Part shown: positions 22,801 through 34,800 of the stretch, in pieces
Layout of the letters: the number at the start of each line of letters is the position of its first letter
How positions within the stretch are numbered: position 1 is the stretch's first letter
Origin: Glaucostegus cemiculus
Taxonomy: Eukaryota
Length of the DNA: 64,000 nucleotides
Reading direction: 5' to 3'
Assembly: GCA_976551045.1 (NCBI GenBank)
Contig: CDPCPM010000050.1
Coordinates: 12,152,001 to 12,216,000, forward strand
The notes under the pieces: model-generated
The model's database searches: none
Seen by the model: the letters and a program-made list of their open reading frames with translations, nothing else
What the model was told of the DNA's origin: nothing
Position numbers and translations under genes: made by a program

Positions 22801-25800
22801 TGCATCAAAGTAAGGATGCTGGTGATTGTATGTTTGATTAGCTGTGATCTGAGTTTAATGCTGTGTATGTTTTAAATAATCTTCAAATGTTCAAAACATA
22901 AAAACAGTAGGGATGATGCCCAAATCTGTATAGCCAACAGGCTTGTACTATAATGGTGTGAACGTGCCTTGACTTGGTCAAGTTGGTGTGGGTATAGAGT
23001 GAGGGTTGGTGGGCAGGCATGGTAGTGTAGTGGTTAGTGTGCCAATGACCTGGGTTCAATTCCGACCGCTGTCTGTAAGGAGTTTGTACATTCTCCCCAT
23101 GTCTGTGTGGGTTTCCTCCGGGTGCTCCGGTTTCCTCCCACATTCCAAAAACGTATGGGTTAGGAAGTTGTGGGCATGCTATGTTGGCGCCAGACACATG
23201 GCAACACTTACGGGCTTCACCCCAAACACTACACAAAAGATGTATTTCACTGTGTGTTTCAATGTACACGTAACCAATAAAGATATCTTATCTATGTGTG
23301 GAGCAGCAAGATGATACAGAATTGGACCCCAGGAAGGCAGTCTCAGAGTAGAAGTGGGAGGTTCCAGGATCTGGGTATATTGGAAGCAGTGAATTGTGAG
23401 GCTGGATGTAACATGTGTTGCAGTGAGCAGTTGCTGGAATGCAGTGTTGGGATGTGGAAGCGTAACGTTGGGCAATGTTGCCCGATGTGAGTGCACTGGG
23501 GGAACGTGAGGACACTGCTGTTGAGAAATAGTTACACCCTTGGCCACAGCCCAAGAGCCAGCCACAAGTCCTTTAAAAGTTTCGGGGTGCCATTGTGTTG
23601 TTTGTAAAACAAAATGTTGGACGTACTTCAAGGAGGATGAAGCTGCTTCCCAAGTCAATGAAGCAAAAAGCCTCTTTTCTGTGGCATCAGAAGCAGAGGT
23701 TCTTGGACAGGGAGCCAGAGCAGCAAAAACAGAAGAGAGTAGAAAGAGGTGGAGACATGTGCATGATGGATAAGATGAGACAGAGAGAGAGAGAAGAGAG
23801 AGAGAGGCTAAAGTTAAAGGACAACAAAAGCTTTCATCACTTCCCCTATTTTGTTTAAAAAAATGACTTCCCCAGGGCTGAGCTTGGGAAGTTTCTGTTA
23901 ATGACAGTCTTTTATGAAGTTGTACTGTGACTGCCAACTGTATATCGTAAAATACAGAGGAAACAGGTGGGCAATAAAGACTTCATTGTTTTAATAAGAA
24001 ATACCAAATATAAATATTCCTTTGAAAAAGTAATAGAATTTGTCTTTTGGATTTTCTTCAAATCACATGACTGAAATTGTTTGGGTCTTCTTGCCCATCA
24101 AAAACAATCCAATAATCCAGTCAGCCACATCCTGAAAACTAGATTCAGTGTTTAAGTTCACCCTCCATTACTCAATACAACCCACGTCATTATAGATTTA
24201 GGGAAAATATTAGTTCATCCAACGATGAAATCTCCAAATAAAACCTTACTGAAGCCATTGATAGCACAAGAAAAACACTTTAATGAATAAATATAATCAC
24301 GTTTACTAAAAGTAGGTAATTTGAAAACATTTATCCCTTGGACAGGGAGTTGCCAGCACAGAAAAATTCATAAAGCTTAGTGTGCGAGGAAAAGTTAATA
24401 TTGGAAAATGTGTATGTGACTGTTCATAGTAGCAAAGTGTGATGAAACATCGCAACAGGAAGTAAGGTTNNNNNNNNNNNNNNNNNNNNNNNNNNNNNNN
24501 NNNNNNNNNNNNNNNNNNNNNNNNNNNNNNNNNNNNNNNNNNNNNNNNNNNNNNNNNNNNNNNNNNNNNNNNNNNNNNNNNNNNNNNNNNNNNNNNNNNN
24601 NNNNNNNNNNNNNNNNNNNNNNNNNNNNNNNNNNNNNNNNNNNNNNNNNNATAGTTGATCACAGATCCTCCTCTAAGTCTAAAGAATATGGACATTTTTA
24701 GATATTTAGACAGGAGTGAGGGGAGAAAGTTGGACTTCAAAAAGAAAAAGAACACTTGAGGGGAAGAAAGTAAAGGAAATGCATATTAGTTACAACAAGG
24801 AAAAGGGCCATTCTGCTTGTTCAGTCTGTGTCAATGTTTACTCTCCATGCAAGCAATTATTCCAATCACATTCACCCACCCATTCTCCTTCATCTAGTCT
24901 CCAATCTAATCTTCAGTGTTGGCATAATTTCTGCCTCTTTCACTAGTCCTGGAAATGATTTCTACAGAATCTTCTTGGTGGGCAGAAGTCTCTCCTGCCT
25001 TCTATTCTAAATCTTTAACCTTTTTACTCCTGTACATATCAACCCCAGACCCTCCTGGAATCAGCCTGCTTCTCTCTGAACTCTTAACCGTTTCATAATT
25101 TGTAGATGCTTCTGCCAGGTCAAATGTATTTCTTCTAATCTTTAAAAAAAAATTTAATTTCCTTTGTGAGAGGCAGTATTTGTTCATCAGCACAGTACCT
25201 TCCGAGGTCACAAAACAGGCCTCCTGTAGTATGGATCACTCCTATAGTACAGCGATCAAAACTGCAGCCAGTACTGAAATGAGTTTTAATGCTACACACA
25301 CGAGCAACAGACCTGATTTCTTTTGTAGTCTATATTTCATGAATTACTATCTAAAACTAATGAAGTTTTTAACATTAATTTCTATCAGTGTCAGGTGCTG
25401 CCTTTTATATCCTGTGAAACTGTTTTCCCAAATCCATCTTCTGTTTCATGCACAGTTTCCTTCCATTTAGAGTATAATCTGTGAAAATGAATTACTGGTG
25501 CGATCCCCAATATTACCTTTTCCCTCAATCTGTATTTCTGCTCCCTCAGGCTCTGCACTGTGATTCCTACCCCATTCCCTTGGCTCTATTTCTGCCCCTA
25601 ATCTCCCTTCCCAGCTTCAGGAGTCAACAACAGTGCTACGTACTTTAAGTAACAATAATTGGAGAAATGCTGGGTAAAAAAGGCTCCCATTTTAAAATGG
25701 CAGTTTAAGTTCTGAAGGAAAAGTGCTGAGAACAGTCGCTGTATTTCCTTTTTTAAACATGAGCAGACCCCGAGTCCACAGCTAAAGAGCAGGCAGTATT

Positions 25801-28800
25801 TTGTTTCTGAGTTGGCTTTTAAAGATTGAAGTACTGGGTACTTTTCCGTCTAAACAGCCTCTCCCACTGCATCACACCCCCAGCCTCAGCCTCAGCCCCC
25901 AACTACTCGAACTTCATTATTTAAATGATACTTTTATCTTCCACTTTAATACCCATAGTGCATGATCTCATTCTTAGTGACTTTGAGTATGTTGAAGACT
26001 GAAGTAAGCAGTAAAAAAAAAGCTGGGGGTACTCCACAGGCCAGGCAGCATCTGTGGAGCAAGAAACAGAATTAACAGTTCAGATCCATGGCCTTTCATC
26101 AGAACTAGAAAAGATCGCCATTGGCCTGAAACTCTAACTTCTTTTCTCTCTCCACAGCTGCTGCCTGGCCTGCTGAATATCCCCAGCATCTTCTGCTTTT
26201 ATTTCAGACTTAAATATATTCAAAATCACGAAGTGTGAGACCAGACATTACAAGTGTTAAAAAAGCAGTGAGGGCCATGTTATTAAATATTTCCAAGAGG
26301 TAGATGTATTTCTAAAAATCAAAGGAATCAAGGGATAGACAGAGACTGTACAGGAGCAGATACTGAAAAGGGTGTTCAGCCACAGTTGTGTTAAATAGTG
26401 GCCCAAGCCCAAATGGCCCATTTTTGCTCCTATTTCTGTGTGTTTTTTATAAAGAAAACCATAATGTGAGTCAATCCCTGAAGGAAGCAAAGGCCCAGAA
26501 ATTCAATCACAGCACATCCTGTGCTCATTCCACAGGGGCAATCCTGAGCTTCCCGTCCCACTTCCCACTCCGACTAGTCTGTCTGTGGCCCCCTCCTCTG
26601 CTATAGTGAAGCAAAATGTAAACTAGAAGAACACCTTATCTTCTGCCCTAAATGCTTTGCAACCCTCTAGAATGAATACTGAGTTTTCCAACTTCAGGTG
26701 AACTGCTCTCTCATCATTTACCAATAACGTCCTTTTCCAACCCATTTCTTCAGAATGTCTTCCAACTATCAGTCCTTATGTTCCTTTTCATCTGCTACAT
26801 CTTAATGGATCTCCATATGGTCTTTTGTCTTACACCTCACTCTTCCCCTACCGCCCCCCCCCCCCCCACCACCGCCCCAGCTCTTCTTTGAAAACTGTAA
26901 ACCCTTCAGTCTTCCCACCCCCCAGTTCTGAGGAAGGGTCACTGACCCTAAAACATTGACTCGTTTCTCTTTCCACAGATGCTGCTTGACTGGCTGAGTT
27001 CTTCCAGCTTTTCTGTTTGTGTTTCAGGTCACATTTGTAGTTTCATTTGTTTTCCAGCACATGATCTTAAAGCATTATAAAACTGATGTGCACTATAAAA
27101 TCCAGTGCAGGGCTAATTAGCACTCTGCTATGGGCATGGCACATGACGTGACCTTGAATTGTATGCTTGCAAGGAGTCAATGGACGCAAGTACAGGGGCT
27201 GTTGGGCATACAATGGTGACATCAGCAGTGTGAACAGGTCATATATTGCTGCTTCAAGAGTGGAGCGTGAACATGTTTGGAAATAGCTTGGTCCTCAATG
27301 AGAAAAGCAGAGGTTAATAGAATGTCCCCTTAAGCATTTCTTAAAGAGAGAGACTTTAGTTGTGTCATTATTGGGAGTCCATCATGGAAGGAAATAATGG
27401 ATTCTTCCCTGATGGAATCTTCTACCTCCTTTGATGAGGAAGGGTCATTTGAATCCATTCCAAGGGTGGCCACCTCCATTATCATGCTGTCTGGTCAAGC
27501 AACAGAGAAACAAAGTGTCTATTGCATGACCGTCCCAACATTCGTACTGTTAGGTCACTGAAGCTGTCCATTATCTTCGGCTGCAGCTCCTGTTGAAACT
27601 TGTTACTTTAATAGCTCCTGTCACAACAGGATATTGCAAAGGTAAGTTTGCATTTGGCATGCATCTCTGGAAGTTATGTTCTGTCAAAAAGTTTAAGATA
27701 AGCTGCAAATCTCACTGTACATGTCTGTACAAAAATCACTTTCCTAAATTCCTGGTTTAAAATGGCATTTCCCCCTCAGTTTCGCTTTAGCATGCCTTTC
27801 TCCGCTCAGTAACTTCTGAGCACATCATCAAGCTGAGCATGTTTCTTACTGCACAACGCTCGATAATCTATCTCTGAATTAGTTTTTATCTGTCTTATAA
27901 AGCTATTTTCAATATAAGGTGCCTTTAACCTAGCTGGAGACTACTTATTCAGGACTTTTTCCCATTACCCTTTCAATCAAGATTTACACTGCAAATAACA
28001 CAAGGAAATAGAGTGTTGGGTCATATATTACCTTTTTTTTATTTGTTGGATGATTGCTGTCTTTTTCCACATTAATCATATTACAAAGATAAATGAAGCA
28101 ATTTGCAACATCTTGACATTCTGAAAAGTACTATATAAATATAATTTGTTGCTGTTTTATCTCACTTTGTATTGTTTTAAGTAATTTGAGTCAAATTGCA
28201 GGAAATTACATTCACTGATCTCCTGGCATGCATTCCTCTGAAATGTATATTTCTTGTACTGCAATAGTAACTACACTATTAATTGAAATATCCTGAGGTC
28301 AAGAAAGATATTACATAAATGCAGACACAAGACACTGCAGATGCTGGAATCTGGAGGAACAAATAAACTGCATCAGTATCCTGGTGCAGGGTCTGAACCT
28401 GTAACGTTGACCACCCCTTCATCTTAACAGATGCTGCTTGACCTGCTGAGTTCTTTCTGCAGTTTAATTTTTGCTTTATAAATGCATTTTCTTTTTTTAA
28501 GAAAGCATCCTTAAAGGTATTCTACATATCAATTTATGAATCTTATTTTATGAGGAACTCCCTAGTTAATCTGTTTAAATATTTTTCTTGTTGACATTAG
28601 TTGAGCCCCTGAGTTTTGATTGATATCATTCATTTATCCCAGGTAATCCTATCAGGGACCATTGTCCTTACCTATCATGGATATGTATTACTTCTTAGGG
28701 CATCCCTAATAAGTCTGAGTCAAGAAGTAGTTATGTATTGCATTCAGACTTCAGATCATTCTGTTTGAGAATCAAACTGTTTGTCTGGTGTGTTCATGCT

Positions 28801-31800
28801 CCAGTCTTGAAGCAGTAATACAAAATATGTGGTCACGTTGCTTGCCATCACTACTGCGTGTAAAAAATCTGCAGCAATACAAGAAGCTATTTACAAGTTC
28901 TCATTTGAAGCAGGCTTCAACACAGCACCACTGTCAGCTGGTAGATTGTGTAATAGCCCTAGAGATAAAACTGTTGGCAGGGATCTTAGTTACTGTATTT
29001 TAAGGCACCCGTTCCGAATTTCACTTCTATCTTAAGATGATCCTACTCATAATTATGATTAGTTTACACATTATTGCACGTTACTGCAGTGTAGCCAATG
29101 AGAAAATGTTTTATTCATATTTGGTTCTTGAGCTTGGAAACACCAAGGGATAGGTCAGGCAGGGAGGTCAATAATTAGGCAAATAGCCCAACAATGTTTA
29201 GCATACTACATAGTTCACTATAACCTCAACTTAACCTCTCTTGTGCGAGCCATATATTTCTCCCTCCCTATATAATGGTTCAACTTCTTGATAGCTTATG
29301 GATGCCAACAATTACAACAGTCTTCAACTGGAAGATGCATTTGAGACAGAGGGTAGGGACTGATTTACCACTTTTAGAATTCGAATCCTGGAGCATTTCT
29401 TATTGCACTCTCCAGTAGCTGTTAAAATATAGGCCAGCATTCTAGAGCAAAGCATGCTTGTTTTTACTCTGTTTAACACTGTAGTTGCACAATAGTTATT
29501 TTCAGACGTTTTAAATCTGTTTATTAACTGATCAGTTACATCAAAACTAGAGCACTCAAAGAATTTCCTATCAATTGTTTAATTTTGATGTTTCTGTGTG
29601 TTCTCATTTTAATACACAGAAATTTTAATTTACATAGAAAGATTATGGTGGGCAATTTGGTAATTTAAACATGGTTGTTCTATTTGTTTCTGTGTATTAT
29701 ATTATTTGCATTTTCAGTACTCTATACTGTAAAGCTCTCTCACACTAACTTAAACTATCCTATACTTCTAGTTTTATTTCGCATGTACGACACTAATGGA
29801 GATGGAAAAATCACCTTGGAAGAATTAAAAGAGGTTGTATTATCTTGTTGTTTAAATCAAAGAATAAGAAGGTTGCTTTGTAATCTATGCAAAACAAATG
29901 TTATGTTAGCTGCACATTTCATCAAGCCTCCAAATACTAAGGCTAAAATGGAAATGAATTATGCAAACTTAACAGGCGTTGAATTATAATGTTAGTGAAC
30001 TAACAATTCCAAGTCCTGTCTGATGAAATGGGTTCAACCCCTAGAAGTGAGAAAATGTAAATGCAACCACCAGATTATAAACATCCTTTAGGGAAGGTAG
30101 CTCATTGTCATTGCTCAGTCCACACCCAGAACAATGTGATCAACACTTACCCTGGAGAATAGCCCAGAAATTTGGTTGATAAATACTGATCTTGCCAGCA
30201 AAATCTACACCCTGTGAATGATTTTTTTAAAAAAATTTGGCATCCTTATCACAATTGGCAGTTAGCTCCCATTACTGGCTCAGTGTTAAAATTCACCCCT
30301 GAGTTAGTGTACTCAAACCTGCTGCTATGTTTGCCTAGATTGCAATCATGATTGATTGGCTGTGGAAGTTCCACCTTGCAACAGTCATAGAACAGCACAG
30401 CACAGGAACAGGATCTTCACCCCCAAAATTAAAATTTTAAAATACATTGCTCTTTTCAGTATAAACAAAAGTGAGGTAGCAAATGAGGTAAAAGCTGTCA
30501 TTTAGTCTCTGGGTTCAAACATCATTTTGAAACCATTAGCCGGGGTCTGATGATATGGAAGATCTCAATCACCATCTGCCTTTGAGAATACTGTTGGTTT
30601 TCATTTTTCTCAGTGATAGTTAAAAATAAAATTTTCCATGCTTTTTTTCAGATTGTAGATGAACTATTATCCAAGAAATCTACTACAGAGAAAGCTTCTT
30701 CATCAATTGCAGACGCTGCAATGTTGGAGGCTGCAAACATCTGTGCGGGACAAACGGTTTGTAACATTTCAGATTGACATTTATGTAGTTAAGATACTAT
30801 CAGAATATCTGATTTCCCTTTCCATCCACTCCAATCTGTTTGGAATTAAAAGCTTTAGAACTTGCATGCAAAGGCAGAAGGACACATATACTGACTTCAG
30901 TGTGACAAAATTTAGGCCTTTATAATGGTTCTCCATCAAGGCCGAATTAGGTTATCAAACCATAAACTCCAGTTAGAATTATTCTATTTATGGAGGGTAC
31001 TTGGTGTTCATTCTGTCGGATCCTATCTGCGTACATATGCACTAATAATTATTCAGGTTACAGATGAATTGATTTAATGATTAAAATGCAGAAAGTATTT
31101 GACCATTTTGAAAGTTTTGATAAACTGTATAATCTATAACTGAAGCATTGTACACATATTATCAACACAGCTTAGAGGAAGAGTTAACCAACAGTAGTAC
31201 TACTTCAATATTAATTCTCTGACCTGGTGTTAAAAAGCTATTTTGAATGTTTTCATACAAAAGGTCTGAATGAACTGGATGTAATTTTATGAACAGGACG
31301 CTTCACATTCCTGATTGCATGGCTTCCAACAGAGGGAAGTTCTGTCCTATTGGAGGCAAAATCCTAGTGATACAGAGGAGAGTATCTTGGATGTTTCAGT
31401 GCTCAACCAGGTGTCAACTTCTAGTGATTTACCACTTGTAAAGAAGTTGCAAGGGAAAAGTAGTTTTGAAATTGGCAGATTTTTAAAAATGCATAATTTT
31501 GGTTTAATTTGAACAAATTGGGCATAAGCAGTAATTCTACCAATACATCTAATCAATAATTAACTTCAGATATTTAGTCTGCAGATGAGATTGGCGGATT
31601 CAGTTGAGTAAAAGAATGAGAAGCAAATTCATTATGATGAATGCTATTCTGGCAGGATTGTTAGAGCAGATCCCACCTCCCAATCTTGTTCTTTAACTCC
31701 ATATGCCTCAAAAACACCATGAGCAATATTCTCTACTGCACAAAACAGAGACGTTTTGAAGGAGAAACTGATGAAACAGCTGAACAGTGTGTGACCTGAA

Positions 31801-34800
31801 ACATTAACTCTTTTTCTCTTTCCACAGATGTGGCCTGAACTGATTATTTTCAGTTATTATTTTAAATTCTAGGTAACATGGGTTAAACTTTCCTTTATCA
31901 AAACAACTCCCCCGCCTTCACCCCAACACTACTCACTACTTTCAAGCTGTTTTGGGTTGAGACCCTGCATCAGTACTCAGAGGGAACAGGAAAAGAGTCC
32001 AATATATAGCAACGCCAAGAGGGGCGGTGTAGGTGGAACTGGATGGGGAGGAGATGACGGGCAGACAGAACCAGGTGGGAGGAGGGGATGGGAAAGGTAA
32101 GCAAAAAGGAGAAGAAAACTAGGTGAACTGGCGAGTGTGTGTGGGAGGCAAGCACCAGGGCTGTGTCTCTCGCACACCAACCTGTCACCTCTTCTCCTCA
32201 CTCCCACGCTGACCTTCTCCTTTGCTATGGAGGGACCAAACGCATAATGGAAGAACAATACCTTATATTCCACTTGGGTAACTTTCACTCTATGGTACCA
32301 ACATTGAATTTTCCGGTTTCAGATAACCTACATCCCAGGTACTCTCCTCCCACATACCTGTCCACCTAACTTTCTTCTCCCTTTTTTAATCCCTCCCATC
32401 TCCTCCCCCCACCAGGTTCCATCTGTCCCTCATCCCCTGCCCATCTGGCTCCACCTACTATCTACCAGCCCATCCCAGGCACCCCCACTTCCCACCCTTG
32501 GTTTCATTTACCAATCACCCCCTGCCCAACTGGTTCCATCTATCACCTACCAGCCTCTATTCCCCACCCTTCATTCTCTCATCTTTCCTGTTTCCTCTCA
32601 GTCCTGATACAGGGTCTAGACCCGAGATGTTGACTCGCACCTTTTGCCTCCATAGATGCTGCTCGACCCAGCATTCTGTTTCTCATGTTTCTCTTCCCAC
32701 AGATGCTGCCTGACCTGCTGAATATTGCCAACATTTTCTTTTTTGTTTTTAAATTTCCAGCATCTGCAGTTTTTTTTTTGTTTTGATTATCACTTACCCA
32801 GAATTAGTTTGTTTAGTAAATGGAGCCAAAAGGTGCAGCCTGTGAAATCTGTATTTTAAGTGCAACACCCTTGGCATGATTCTGAACTTTCCTCCAAACT
32901 TGTTTTTCTTGTTCTTCTCATACTAGTCAGAATGAATTTACACAACACATCATTTCAAGTGGTCCTTATCACACATTTTAAGTATATCAAGAAATATATT
33001 TAAAGATTAAACTTTAGAGAGCCCTTATACAGGGCTATTGGCATAAAGTACATTGGGTTAGTTTTACATCATGAAAGATGATACATTAATGCAGATTTTT
33101 GTTTTATAACCTCCATCAATATACCCCATTGAACCTTCTCCCTTGCAATGAAAATAAAGTTGTTCTAAGGATAATTCACAAGGACCAATGCTTTCCACTG
33201 TATTACTACTACACTTAGGGCAGTTTTTCAGCAATAAATTGGGATATGACAGATTGAGCTCAGTAGATTTTCACTGCCAGGAAGTCTACTTACATTTTGG
33301 CTTGGAAGTATATCTGCTTTCAGAACCAAACCCTTCACTCAAGGATTGTATACCTTCACAAAGCACATGAACTTTCTTGTACACTGCTGTTTTAAAAAAA
33401 ACAAAATCTTTATTTTCTAGAGACACAAACATTACGACTGTCATACTTTTTAAGGAAGATGTTTACATATCTGATTTTTTCATAGCGTTGTTCACAAATA
33501 TTTTTGGAAAATGTGCATGTAAAATGGAAATTTTAGAACCAATACAGTTCACAGCAGATAATTACAAATGGTTATTTTCCCACAGCAGCATATTGTTTTA
33601 TTGCTATGGAAATTATAATTATGAATTGCAACATTAAAATTATGTGGCAGGTATAGGCAAGGTGCACATCAAGTCTGACTTGGTGCTCAATGGTGCTTAA
33701 ATCTTACTAAATGTTTATCAAGTCATCACAAAAACTATTCTGTCGTAGACCAAAAATCATTTGCAAAAATGTTTCTGCAATACTTGGAGTTTACACTAGG
33801 CATAAAATACATGTGTAACCATTTTCACACTGACTTTGAGATTAATTTCCATTTAAATTGGATGTATTTATAAAGCATGATAGGGTGTCATGTGACTAAA
33901 CTAGTAATGATAATTATCTCATGGTATTGCAGCACAGCTTTTAAAAGGAATTTAGAAAAACAGAAAAAGCCAGTCTTACTCAACCAGCCAGGCAGCATCT
34001 GTGGTCAGAGAAGGAGAGTTAATGTTTCAGGAATGACTTCTCATCTAAACTAGCTAAGTGAGAAAAACAAGTATGTTTTAGGTTGCAGAGAGGGGGAGGG
34101 GTGGAGAGAACAATCGGAAATGTTTGTGATTAGACAGAGGCCAAGGTTCTCTAATTGACAATTGTTTTCAGTGCTGTCTAAGAGAGGGAAATAAATGTTT
34201 GTTAATCACAGCTCATCTACCTGGATGACTGTGAATAGGGGAGGATGTATGAGGTCAGTTTGAAAGTAAAATATGCAGGAACTGTGAGAATGCCTCAGGT
34301 ACTGGAAATCCAAAATGGAAAAGAAAGCTGGAAATACTGAGCAGACCAGATAGCACCTGTGGCAAGAGAAACAAAATGAGTTAATGTTGCAGATGGACAA
34401 CCTTACTTCAGAACTAGCCAGTTCTGTCAAAGTTGGGCAAGACTGGTTATTTGAAATTGTTGAACTTAATATTAAGTCCCAGGACTGCAATGTGCTTAGA
34501 TAAAGGATGAAGTGTTGTTCATCAAGCTTACGTTGTAGATTGGGAGGCCAAAAAAAGATTCAGAGGTCGGGGCAGAAGTGGGCAGGAGAATTACAATGAT
34601 CAGCTTCACCCTTACAGATGTTCTACAAAAGAGTCAACACATCAGCATTTGGTTTCTCCAATGTAGAAGAAACCACATCATGAACACCAAATGCAATGTA
34701 CTAAATTGGAAGAGGTGCAAGTGAAACAGTACTTCTGCTGGAAGGACTTTTGGCTCCCTTGAATGTGGAATGGGTCAAGGTAAAAGGACTCAGAGTTACA

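Noticed and set aside
23015-23075. tRNA-like A and B boxes
   Set aside because: They are the head of a V-SINE; no complete cloverleaf, and the SINE core follows directly.
23179-23937. 252-aa minus-strand ORF
   Set aside because: No recognisable domain; runs through a GA-rich tract and into a SINE; likely a chance ORF.
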